Shown: one piece after another, positions 48,077-57,133 of the stretch | Layout: every line of letters begins with the position of its first letter | Numbering within the stretch: the stretch's first letter is position 1 | Assembly (NCBI GenBank): GCA_902768105.1 | Contig: CACXJZ010000005.1 | Span: 3,052-67,051 of the forward strand | Direction: 5' to 3' | Length of the DNA stretch: 64,000 nt | Source of the DNA: an uncultured Prevotellaceae bacterium | GTDB lineage: Bacteria; Bacteroidota; Bacteroidia; Bacteroidales; Bacteroidaceae | Program-made: the position numbers and the translations under genes | The notes under the pieces: generated by a model | Told to the model about the DNA's origin: nothing | Database searches by the model: none | What the model saw: the letters and a program-made list of their open reading frames with translations, nothing else

Positions 48077-49300
48077 TTACCGCAAAATCCACTCCGCCAT
48101 ATCCTTCAGCACCTCCTCGGCAAACGTTTCCTCTATATCTCCGTATTCAGTAGGCATGCCGGTAGTGCAGTGCTGGAACAGGTGGTTCAGGCCGTCGTAC
48201 GCCTTGATGGTGTTTCTCTTGTTCTTTGATAGCAGCCTGCGCAGCGCACTGAGGTTCATCTCCGCATCAACCTGCAAATCTCTCGTACCATTCACAGCAA
48301 ATACGGGACACTTCGTGTGGCGTATGTTTTCCGCGGGGTCATAGTCCATAAAGTATTTCAGCCACGGGTTATTCGTGGTCAGTATCTGCTCACGTACCTG
48401 CGCTACTGTGAGGGTCTGACTCAGGGAGCTCGGGTCCAAAGCCCGCACTTGCTTCCATAGCAGGCTGTCGCCAGGAACGGCGGGTCCAGCCAGACTGACG
48501 ATGAAATCCACCAGTCCTTTGCCACCCAGCATGAAGGCAATGGTACCTCCCTCGCTGTGTCCGAGGATACCAACACGCTTGAAACGTTTGTCCTTTTTTA
48601 GGAAGTCGATGCCAGCAGCAGCGTCACGTGCAAAATCCTCACTTGTAGCTTTTGTCAGGTCGCCTCCCACCGACTGCCCTGTGGCGCGGTCGTCGTAACG
48701 TAGCGTGGCTATACCCTTGCGTGCCATGTAGTCAGCAATGACAGCGAATGGTCTGTGGCCCATCAGCCCCTCGTCACGGTCCTGCTGTCCGCTGCCGCTG
48801 ACCATGAGAAGCACAATGCCTGTGCTCAAGTCTCCCGGTACCGTCAGCGTGCCTGCTAAAGTTGCGCTATCCCGTTCGTTACGGAACGTCACCTCCTCAG
48901 TGGTATAGGGGAACGGAGCCTTGGGCGTCTGCGGACGGTTGCGTACCATAGCACCCTGTTTCAGCGTCAGGGGCAGCGACATGCCTGCCTGCGCAAACGT
49001 GCCCTGCAGTTCGTCGCCCACCAGCCGTCCCCTGTACGAAGCGCGCAGCATGGCCACGCTGACAGCTACCGAGTCGGCCGACAGGAAGTCTGTCGTGGCA
49101 GGAATCTTTTGGTTAGTCTGGTCAGGACTCTCCAGCGTCGCCGATCCGTCGGCATTGATATTCAGTACAATAGTCAACTTCATGGCTCCCACCTCCAGCT
49201 TACCCGTAAAGGTGCCGCACAGGTTCTGCGCCCTACCCGTTACAGATACTATCAGCAGTATCAAAAATAATAGTTTCTTCTCCATCATCTTCATTTTCAT
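48077..49300 (-). CDS. Secreted alpha/beta hydrolase
   Basis: Signal peptide, GSGQQDRD, GHSEGG nucleophile elbow, LNHLFQ. Confidence 0.88.
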   Translation of the reverse strand: MKMKMMEKKLLFLILLIVSVTGRAQNLCGTFTGKLEVGAMKLTIVLNINADGSATLESPDQTNQKIPATTDFLSADSVAVSVAMLRASYRGRLVGDELQGTFAQAGMSLPLTLKQGAMVRNRPQTPKAPFPYTTEEVTFRNERDSATLAGTLTVPGDLSTGIVLLMVSGSGQQDRDEGLMGHRPFAVIADYMARKGIATLRYDDRATGQSVGGDLTKATSEDFARDAAAGIDFLKKDKRFKRVGILGHSEGGTIAFMLGGKGLVDFIVSLAGPAVPGDSLLWKQVRALDPSSLSQTLTVAQVREQILTTNNPWLKYFMDYDPAENIRHTKCPVFAVNGTRDLQVDAEMNLSALRRLLSKNKRNTIKAYDGLNHLFQHCTTGMPTEYGDIEETFAEEVLKDMAEWILR

Positions 49301-49472
49301 ATTTGCAAAGGTAGCGTCCTTTTCACATTCAACAAAGAATTCTCTCTTAATTATAATATTAATTAACAGAACGCAAAGGCTATCATGTACCTTTTGTATT
49401 TCTTTTTAGGCAAATAATTTGCAACGCATAAATTTTCTTTGTACCTTTGCGAAGTATTTATCTTTTCAAACA

Positions 49473-50774
49473 ATGGAACTAAACCGCGAATACTCAAATA
49501 AGGAATACAAGAGACTGGGCGACAGAATCAGAAGCAACCCCAAGGAGGTTGCCGAGGACGACCTCGTCATGTTGCAGACGCTCAGGATGAGCTATAAGGA
49601 GCCACTGGCCGTCATCTTCAAGTCGATAGAGAAGATGGCTCACAAGGTGGATGAGAACTGCATCTGCACCTATCGCGTGAAGCGAATAGAGTCCATCATC
49701 AGCAAGCTGCTGCGCTACCCGGAGATGCAGGTGAACAGGGCAGAGGACATTGCCGGCTGTCGCTGTATCATGTCATCGACCGAAAAGGTATATGAGCTGT
49801 ATAACCGTCTGATGAAGAACGAAGACAAACTGCCTTTCGTCATCAAGGGCACTATTCACGACTACATACAGGAGCCCAAGGAGAGCGGTTACCGCTCCAT
49901 CCACATCAATGCCGTGCTGAAGGACGGCGACAACCGCCGTATAGAGATTCAGCTGAGAGGGCTGGAGCATCACAACTGGGCCACACTGGTAGAAATTACC
50001 GACCTACTGTTTAAGACCAGACTGAAGGAACACGGTGCGAAGACCAACAAGGACCTGTATGAGTTTCACCGCCTGCTCTCGCTGCCTGAGGAGAGCCTGA
50101 CAAAGAAGGAAAAGTATTTCTTTGCCGATACCGTCATCAAATACCACTATATTGAGACCATCGGCGAGGTATTTGCACGTAACTACTTGGACGTCAGAAA
50201 GCAATGGAACAAACTAAAGCTGCAGCGCAACCAATTTTTCCTGATATCGACAGGCAGCGATGGTATTCCTGACTTCATGGGGTTTCTCTACTTCGAAGAG
50301 GCAGAACGTGCCTATTTTGAGAGGTTCGTCAACAACGAGGAGAACCGCAACATTGTGCTCACCCACTTGAAAGAGGCCAACTTCACAAAAATCAGCGTGG
50401 CGTACTCCAATTATTTCCTCACGTTCAACAATACACTCGTCAAGGTGCTCGTATTCTTGTCGGATGCCGTCACCAACGCCTATAAGCAGCACAAGGTAGC
50501 CCTTTTCGACCAGTATTACCAGTGTTTCCTCGACATTATTGCATTCTGGATAGAGAAGCAGCTGTTAGAAACAGACTCCTTCAACAAGGATAACATTGCC
50601 CGAAACTCACGCCTGCTGCGAACGGAATGGACCAACTCCATTACGGACGGCATCAATGCCATCAACTACATCATGGATAAGATGCACAAGAAACTGACTT
50701 TCGATCCGCTTCACATAGTACCTTACTACCACATGAAGCGGAAACAAAAGCTGTTCAAACAGAAATACCAGTAA
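49473..50774 (+). CDS. RelA/SpoT-domain protein, CapRel-like fused toxSAS candidate
   Basis: RVKRIESIISK, DIAGCR, GYRSIH, EIQLR, HNWATLVE; C-terminal AYSNYF (YxxY). Confidence 0.8.
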   Translation: MELNREYSNKEYKRLGDRIRSNPKEVAEDDLVMLQTLRMSYKEPLAVIFKSIEKMAHKVDENCICTYRVKRIESIISKLLRYPEMQVNRAEDIAGCRCIMSSTEKVYELYNRLMKNEDKLPFVIKGTIHDYIQEPKESGYRSIHINAVLKDGDNRRIEIQLRGLEHHNWATLVEITDLLFKTRLKEHGAKTNKDLYEFHRLLSLPEESLTKKEKYFFADTVIKYHYIETIGEVFARNYLDVRKQWNKLKLQRNQFFLISTGSDGIPDFMGFLYFEEAERAYFERFVNNEENRNIVLTHLKEANFTKISVAYSNYFLTFNNTLVKVLVFLSDAVTNAYKQHKVALFDQYYQCFLDIIAFWIEKQLLETDSFNKDNIARNSRLLRTEWTNSITDGINAINYIMDKMHKKLTFDPLHIVPYYHMKRKQKLFKQKYQ

Positions 50775-50779
50775 TCGGA

Positions 50780-51043
50780 CTACACGCGTTTCAGCGAACG
50801 ACGGTAGGACATGGCAAACCAGATGCAGAGGGCCAAGGCGAGGAATACAACGAAGAGACCTGCATAGAGCATGGTCATATCATCTCCGCCAGAGGCAACG
50901 CCTGCCACGAAGTCCTGTGCGGCAGCCGTATCTGCGGTGTCGGGTTTGGCTACAGGGGGATAGACGGCACGCACAGTGTCGTACTTGATGATTCGCTCAT
51001 GGGGATAAGGAGCAATGTCCAGTAATAAATGTTGTAACATCAT
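50780..51043 (-). CDS. Small protein with C-terminal TM anchor
   Basis: 87-aa ORF, hydrophobic C-terminal helix and basic tail; co-oriented with the upstream gene. Confidence 0.6.
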   Translation of the reverse strand: MMLQHLLLDIAPYPHERIIKYDTVRAVYPPVAKPDTADTAAAQDFVAGVASGGDDMTMLYAGLFVVFLALALCIWFAMSYRRSLKRV

Positions 51044-51063
51044 AAGACTTAACTATTTAATTG

Positions 51064-52371
51064 TTAATATATAATATACTCGTAGAGGAGCTGCACAAGC
51101 AGCCCCAGAAGGAAGCTGATGGCATTGCAGAGCAGGCCATAGACAAATGCCTGACGCCACTGACGGGCGAAGCAGAAGTACCACAGCGTCTCTATGACAA
51201 CGATGACCAGCTCGGCTATAAGCAGGAGCAACAGACTGTCGATCCAGCCAGCATAGACTAGCAGGTTGAGGGGTACATTGGTGAGGACATTGATAACGAC
51301 GGAAGCCCACAGCACATGTGAACGACGCTCGCGCAAGAACCACAACACGCCCAATTCGATGATGATAGTGGCGAGGAGGGGTAATAAGAAGATGAGTAGT
51401 GAGTGGTGAAGAGTGAGGGGCGGAAGGAGTAAGGATGTGTCGATGAAATGCAGTAGATAGGCAGGCATGAGGGCTGCAGCCAGAAGGCCGAAGGCCAGTC
51501 CTTCACGTCGCGGCAGCAGGAGATTGGCCAGCCAAAGTGTCACAGGCATGGTGCAGGTGACGAGGAAAAGACATATTAGTGAAGGAAGGATGGAAGAAGG
51601 AAGAAGGAAAGGGGCAAAAAGGACACCTGCCACAACGAGAACCATTGCCCAAACGACCCCTATCCACTTGCAGAGGAAGCCGCCAAAGGTTTTCCCTAGC
51701 ATGGACGTGAATCCCAAGAGCAGAACTACGCCCTGTGTCTTCACAATGTCTGACGTAAAGTCCTCACTAAGCCACGCACGCAAGGTGACCACGACCATGA
51801 CGAGAATAATAAGTAGCGAGAGTCCTCTGTGGTTTCCCTTTTGGGGATATAGTGTAGTTCCGCATCGGGAAGATAGGGGGCTGAAGATAGCAAAATAAGT
51901 CAAGAGAACAATGGCTAGCAGAAACGCAAAGAGTAGCCACCACGAAAAGAACACGGCTCCGACTGAAAGACCAAAGGCTCCCGTGGAAACGAACACACCC
52001 AGAGAACGTATATCGTTGCATGTACGGACAGCTACCTGCTGACCTCCCCACACATGGAACAGGGAATTACCCATACCGAGGAGGAAGGAGGAGAGAAGGA
52101 AAAAGGAGAGAAGGAAAGAGGATACGGCCAGCGTCAGCAGCAGAACGGCAGTCAGCAATGCCCAGTGCTTATGCTTCAGCCTATCGACCACGTAGCCCGT
52201 TAGAGGTTGCGTTAGGAACGCTAGGACGTTGTAAAGAATGAAGTAATTAATGAATTGCGTCGCGTCGAAAGGACACACCATGAGGTACAGACAGCATATA
52301 CACAATCCGTCAACCAGAAAATGCAGCAGAGCGCCGATTCCCACGAAGCTGTATGTCTGAACCTTATCCAT
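51064..52371 (-). CDS. MFS-like membrane protein with extra C-terminal membrane domain and several repeat insertions
   Basis: HFLVDG, LAFLTQPLTG, GMGNSLFHVWGG, GLAFGLL; C-terminal INVLTNVPLN...CNAISF. Confidence 0.7.
   Translation of the reverse strand: MDKVQTYSFVGIGALLHFLVDGLCICCLYLMVCPFDATQFINYFILYNVLAFLTQPLTGYVVDRLKHKHWALLTAVLLLTLAVSSFLLSFFLLSSFLLGMGNSLFHVWGGQQVAVRTCNDIRSLGVFVSTGAFGLSVGAVFFSWWLLFAFLLAIVLLTYFAIFSPLSSRCGTTLYPQKGNHRGLSLLIILVMVVVTLRAWLSEDFTSDIVKTQGVVLLLGFTSMLGKTFGGFLCKWIGVVWAMVLVVAGVLFAPFLLPSSILPSLICLFLVTCTMPVTLWLANLLLPRREGLAFGLLAAALMPAYLLHFIDTSLLLPPLTLHHSLLIFLLPLLATIIIELGVLWFLRERRSHVLWASVVINVLTNVPLNLLVYAGWIDSLLLLLIAELVIVVIETLWYFCFARQWRQAFVYGLLCNAISFLLGLLVQLLYEYIIY
51821..51882 (-). 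mobile_element. Degenerate double-hairpin element, in frame in the MFS central loop
   Basis: Terminal agtcctct/agggggct; inner tccc-tttt-gggga and ttccg-cat-cggga. Confidence 0.5.
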
Positions 52372-52526
52372 ATACCTATTAAATATAACGCGCGATAGGA
52401 CCGTTTATTGCATCCTTTGACGTGCCATTTCGGCAGAACATACTGACGTTTTGTCGCTATCCAGACATTAGGCACTACTTTTGAAGGGTAGAAAGTAAAA
52501 AAACAATAAAAAGAAAGGAGACTATT

Positions 52527-55088
52527 ATGACATCAGACAAACTGACCATCAAGGCGCAGGAAGCCGTACAGGAGGCGGTGAACACTGCGCAGCGAGCCCA
52601 GCAGCAGACCATAGAACCGGTACACCTGCTGAAGGGAATCATGGAGAACGGTAAAGACGTAACAAACTTCATTTTCCAGAAACTAGGCGTCAACGGCCAG
52701 CAAATCAGTCTGTTGCTTGACCAAGAGCTGCAGCACCTGCCACGTGTTCAGGGCGGACAGCCGTACCTATCGAGCGACAGCAACAACGTGCTACTGAAAG
52801 CCGAGGACATTTCGAAGCAGATGGGTGACGAGTTCATCAGCATTGAACCGCTGCTGCTGGCATTGCTGACGGTGAATAGCACCGCCTCGCGCATCATGAA
52901 AGATGCCGGCTGTACAGAGAAAGACATGCGTGCAGCCATTCAGGAGTTGCGACAGGGACAGAAAGTGCAGTCGCAGAGTGGCGACGAGAACTTCCAGGCA
53001 CTCGACAAGTACGCCAAAAACCTTGTGGATTTGGCACGCAGCGGCAAACTGGACCCCGTCATCGGACGTGACGACGAGATACGTCGGCTGCTACAGATTC
53101 TCTCACGCCGCACGAAAAACAACCCTATACTGATAGGCGAACCAGGTACAGGTAAGACCGCCATCGTTGAGGGGCTGGCACAGCGTATCGTCAGGGGCGA
53201 CGTGCCTGAAAACCTGAAGAACAAACGGCTGTTCTCACTCGACATGGGTGCACTGGTGGCTGGAGCGAAGTACAAGGGAGAGTTTGAGGAGCGTCTGAAG
53301 GGCGTCATCAACGAGGTGACGAAAGCTGAGGGGCGCATCATCCTCTTCATCGACGAGATTCACACGCTGGTGGGTGCTGGCGGTGGAGAGGGGGCTATGG
53401 ATGCAGCCAACATCTTGAAGCCTGCACTGGCACGTGGTGAGCTACGTGCTATAGGTGCCACGACTCTGAACGAGTACCAGAAATACTTCGAGAAAGACAA
53501 GGCTCTGGAACGTCGATTCCAGACGGTCATGGTGGATGAGCCCGACGAACTGTCGGCTATCAGTATCCTGCGTGGTCTGAAGGAACGTTACGAGAACCAC
53601 CACAAGGTACGTATCCAAGACGATGCCTGTATTGCTGCCGTGCAACTGTCGGAGCGTTACATCAGTGAGCGTTTCCTACCTGATAAAGCCATCGACCTGA
53701 TGGATGAGGCAGCCGCTAAATTACGTATGGAGCGCGACAGCGTGCCTGAGGAACTGGACGAGATTACACGTCGTCTGGCTCAACTCGAGATAGAACGCGA
53801 GAGCATCAAGCGAGAGACTGGAGACTCTGGAAACACAGGACATTCCGGAAAGCTCACAGAACTGGACAAGGAGATAGCAGAGCTCCGCGAACAGGAGCAA
53901 CAGTTCCGTGCCAAGTGGGAAGGCGAGCGCCAGTTGGTAAACAAGATACAGCAGGACAAGCAGGAAATGGAAAGCCTGAAGTATGAGGCTGAGCGTGCCG
54001 AACGCGAGGGCGACTACGGCCGTGTAGCCGAAATACGCTATTCGAAACTGAAGGCCTTAGAGGATGACATTGAGAGCCTCACCCAAACCCTCTCCAAAAG
54101 GAGAGGGGACTCCAGCACCCCCTCCCTTTGGAGGGGGAAGGAGGGAGGCTTGGTTCGCGAAGAAGTAACTGCCGACGACATTGCCGAGGTGGTGAGCAGA
54201 TGGACAGGCATTCCCGTTAACCGTATGATGCAGAGTGAACGTGAGAAACTGCTGCACCTGGAGCAGGAACTGCACCGTCGCGTCATCGGACAGGACGAGG
54301 CCATCACGGCTGTCTCGGATGCTGTGCGCCGTTCAAGGGCCGGACTGCAAGACCCCAAGCGCCCCATTGCATCATTCATCTTCCTCGGCACTACGGGTGT
54401 GGGTAAGACGGAGCTGGCAAAGGCACTGGCCGAGTATCTGTTCAACGACGAACAGATGATGACGCGTATCGATATGAGTGAGTATCAGGAGAAGCATACC
54501 GTCAGCCGTCTGATTGGCGCACCTCCGGGTTACATCGGATACGATGAGGGCGGCCAGCTGACGGAGGCTGTGCGTCGCAAGCCTTATCAGGTGTTGCTGT
54601 TCGATGAGATTGAGAAGGCGCACCCTGACGTCTTCAACATACTCTTGCAGGTGCTCGATGACGGCCGATTGACGGACAACAAGGGACGTACAGCGAACTT
54701 CAAGAACACCATCATCATCATGACCTCGAACGCTACACGCGAACAGCTGCATACAGTCATGAGACCAGAGTTCCTGAACCGTATCGACGAAATTATCACC
54801 TTCCAGCAGCTCACGCAGCAGCAGATTGCCGACGTGGTACGCCTGCAGATGAAGCGTGTCGCCGACATGCTGGAGCCGCAAGGCATCCGACTGGAAGCCA
54901 CCGATGCTGCCATCAGCTATCTGGCACAGGAAGGTTTCGACCCCGACTTTGGTGCACGTCCTGTAAAGCGTGCCATTCAAAATCTGGTGCTCAACGAATT
55001 GTCACGAAAGATACTGGCTGACGAGATAGACCGCGACAAGCCTATCGTTATTGACGAGTTTGGCGACGGTCTGGTGTTCCGCAACTAA
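52527..55088 (+). CDS. clpB: Chaperone ClpB
   Basis: GEPGTGKT and GTTGVGKT Walker A motifs, M-domain coiled coil, [17 protein letters not shown]. Confidence 0.96.
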   Translation: MTSDKLTIKAQEAVQEAVNTAQRAQQQTIEPVHLLKGIMENGKDVTNFIFQKLGVNGQQISLLLDQELQHLPRVQGGQPYLSSDSNNVLLKAEDISKQMGDEFISIEPLLLALLTVNSTASRIMKDAGCTEKDMRAAIQELRQGQKVQSQSGDENFQALDKYAKNLVDLARSGKLDPVIGRDDEIRRLLQILSRRTKNNPILIGEPGTGKTAIVEGLAQRIVRGDVPENLKNKRLFSLDMGALVAGAKYKGEFEERLKGVINEVTKAEGRIILFIDEIHTLVGAGGGEGAMDAANILKPALARGELRAIGATTLNEYQKYFEKDKALERRFQTVMVDEPDELSAISILRGLKERYENHHKVRIQDDACIAAVQLSERYISERFLPDKAIDLMDEAAAKLRMERDSVPEELDEITRRLAQLEIERESIKRETGDSGNTGHSGKLTELDKEIAELREQEQQFRAKWEGERQLVNKIQQDKQEMESLKYEAERAEREGDYGRVAEIRYSKLKALEDDIESLTQTLSKRRGDSSTPSLWRGKEGGLVREEVTADDIAEVVSRWTGIPVNRMMQSEREKLLHLEQELHRRVIGQDEAITAVSDAVRRSRAGLQDPKRPIASFIFLGTTGVGKTELAKALAEYLFNDEQMMTRIDMSEYQEKHTVSRLIGAPPGYIGYDEGGQLTEAVRRKPYQVLLFDEIEKAHPDVFNILLQVLDDGRLTDNKGRTANFKNTIIIMTSNATREQLHTVMRPEFLNRIDEIITFQQLTQQQIADVVRLQMKRVADMLEPQGIRLEATDAAISYLAQEGFDPDFGARPVKRAIQNLVLNELSRKILADEIDRDKPIVIDEFGDGLVFRN
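54075..54150 (+). mobile_element. 76-bp double-hairpin element, in frame at the end of the ClpB M-domain
   Basis: Terminal IR agcctc/gaggct; ccctctcc-aaaa-ggagaggg; ccccctcc-cttt-ggaggggg. Confidence 0.88.
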
Positions 55089-55097
55089 ATCAGGAAA

Positions 55098-56000
55098 TCA
55101 GTCTTTCATCAAGGCATCTCGGCATTGCTCCATCAACCATTTGGGAGTGGAAGTGGCGCCGCAGATGCCTATTGTTTTGATGCCTTCAAGCCACGAACGG
55201 TCTATCTCGTCAGGTCCTTCGATGAGATGCGTGTTGGGGTTCACCCGTCGGCACTCGTTGTAAAGCACCTTGCCGTTACTGCTCTTACGTCCGCAGACAA
55301 AGAGGATGAGATCGTGCTTCGAAGCAAACTGACTGATGTTCGGCATACGATTAGCCACCGAGCGGCAGATGGTGTCGAAACTCTTGAACGTTGCCGTAGG
55401 AGCAATATGCTGCTGGATGTACGCTATGATACGGTGAAACTCGTCCAGCGACTTCGTGGTTTGGGAATAGAGGAAGATGTCGCGCGAATAATCCAGACGC
55501 ATGGCATCCTCAAGGCTCTCAATGACAATGGCCTGCCCCTTGGTCTGTCCCACCAAGCCAAGCACCTCGGCATGACCTTTCTTGCCGAAGATGACCACCT
55601 CTCCCGGCCTCCCCGAGGGGGAGATGCCTGGTTCCCCTCCTTCGGAGGGGCTAGGGGAGGTTTCATACTGCTTCTTAATCCTTTTTTGCAGCTGTAGCAC
55701 CACAGGACAGGTGGCATCGATAATCTCAATGTTGTTGCGACGTGCCAGCTCGTAGGTTTCTGGCGGCTCACCATGGGCACGCAGCAACACCTTGACATCA
55801 TGCAGCTGCTCCAGCTCTTCGTGGTTGATGGTGATGAGCCCCATCTTACGCAGTCGTTCACACTCCATACCATTGTGCACAATGTCGCCCAGACAGTACA
55901 GCGTCTGACCTACTGCCAGTTCCTCTTCGGCTTTCTTGATGGCGGTGGTTACGCCAAAACAGAAGCCACTACCATTGTCAATCTCTATTTTAAGTATCAT
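55098..56000 (-). CDS. ispH: 4-hydroxy-3-methylbut-2-enyl diphosphate reductase
   Basis: GFCFGV, DIVHN, RAHG, DATCPVV, SQTT, DTIC, SSN, GATSTP. Confidence 0.96.
   Translation of the reverse strand: MILKIEIDNGSGFCFGVTTAIKKAEEELAVGQTLYCLGDIVHNGMECERLRKMGLITINHEELEQLHDVKVLLRAHGEPPETYELARRNNIEIIDATCPVVLQLQKRIKKQYETSPSPSEGGEPGISPSGRPGEVVIFGKKGHAEVLGLVGQTKGQAIVIESLEDAMRLDYSRDIFLYSQTTKSLDEFHRIIAYIQQHIAPTATFKSFDTICRSVANRMPNISQFASKHDLILFVCGRKSSNGKVLYNECRRVNPNTHLIEGPDEIDRSWLEGIKTIGICGATSTPKWLMEQCRDALMKD
55597..55661 (-). mobile_element. 65-bp double-hairpin element, in frame in ispH
   Basis: ctcccc-gag-ggggag and cccctcc-ttc-ggagggg hairpins; encodes TSPSPSEGGEPGISPSGRPGE. Confidence 0.9.
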
Positions 56001-56011
56001 CTTCTATCTTA

Positions 56012-56047
56012 AAGCCGCCCCTAAACAGAGGAGGTTGGATGGGTCTT
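56012..56047 (-). mobile_element. Palindromic element supplying the last codons and stop of meaB
   Basis: aagacccatccaacctcctctgtttaggggcggctt; about 32/37 match to 26518-26554. Confidence 0.8.
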
Positions 56048-57130
56048 TTCTTGGAAATAGCTATCCAACAGCTGCTGAGCAGCAGCGAAGCTGGTCTTCT
56101 GTCCTGCCAGCACCATACGTTCAGCATCCTCCAGCTGTTGCTGGCGAAGTGCGTCGTTGTAGAAGTGTAGGCGCAGCTGCTCGTTGATGGTCTCGTACAT
56201 CCAGTATTTCGCCTGTTCGTTGCGACGGTAGGCAAAGTAGCCGTTTGCCTTCACGAAGTCAATGTACTGGTAAATCATGTCCCAAATCTCTTTGATTCCC
56301 GTGCCGTAGAAACCGCTGTAGCAGAGCACCTTCGGTGTCCAGCCGCTCTCAGGCATGGGGAAGAAGTGCAACGCATTGCGGAAGTTCGTGGCTGCCATGT
56401 GGCAACGATCGACGTTGTCGCCATCGCACTTGTTGATGACGATGCCGTCAGAGATTTCCATGATACCACGCTTGATGCCCTGTAGCTCATCGCCTGTACC
56501 TGCCAGCTGTATGAGCAGGAAGAAATCCACCATCGAGTGGCAGGCGGTCTCGCTCTGCCCCACTCCAACGGTCTCCACGAAAATTTTGTCGAAGCCTGCT
56601 GCCTCACAGAGAATGATAGTTTCACGCGTCTTACGCGCCACACCACCCAAGGAGCCTGCCGTCGGACTGGGACGTATGAACGAGTCGGGATGCAACGCCA
56701 GCTTCTCCATGCGTGTCTTATCACCCAGAATGGAGCCCTTCGAGCGCTCGCTACTGGGGTCGATGGCAAGCACGGCGAGCTTGCCACCCTTCTCTTTCAG
56801 CACGTGCATGCCAAACTCATCGATGCTGGTCGATTTACCGGCACCAGGCACACCGCTGATGCCAACGCGCACGGAGTTGCCGCTACAGGGAAGACACTTT
56901 TCAATGACCTCCTGTGCACGCTGCTGGTGGTCGGGATTCACGCTCTCCACCAGTGTGACAGCCTGACTCAGCACCGTCACGTCACCCTTGCGGATGCCTT
57001 CCACGATTTCTGCCACCGACAGTTCACGACGCCTCCTGCGTTTCAGGTAGGGATTGATGATTGACGGCTGTTCCACACCGCTGTTTACCTGTAGGCCGGC
57101 ATATTCAGCACTATTCTCCGGATGTTCCAT
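56021..57130 (-). CDS. meaB: Methylmalonyl-CoA mutase-associated GTPase
   Basis: GVPGAGKST, AIDPSS, ILGDKTRM, ETVGVGQSE, GDELQGIKRG, NKCD. Confidence 0.93.
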   Translation of the reverse strand: MEHPENSAEYAGLQVNSGVEQPSIINPYLKRRRRRELSVAEIVEGIRKGDVTVLSQAVTLVESVNPDHQQRAQEVIEKCLPCSGNSVRVGISGVPGAGKSTSIDEFGMHVLKEKGGKLAVLAIDPSSERSKGSILGDKTRMEKLALHPDSFIRPSPTAGSLGGVARKTRETIILCEAAGFDKIFVETVGVGQSETACHSMVDFFLLIQLAGTGDELQGIKRGIMEISDGIVINKCDGDNVDRCHMAATNFRNALHFFPMPESGWTPKVLCYSGFYGTGIKEIWDMIYQYIDFVKANGYFAYRRNEQAKYWMYETINEQLRLHFYNDALRQQQLEDAERMVLAGQKTSFAAAQQLLDSYFQEKTHPTSSV

Positions 57131-57133
57131 TGT

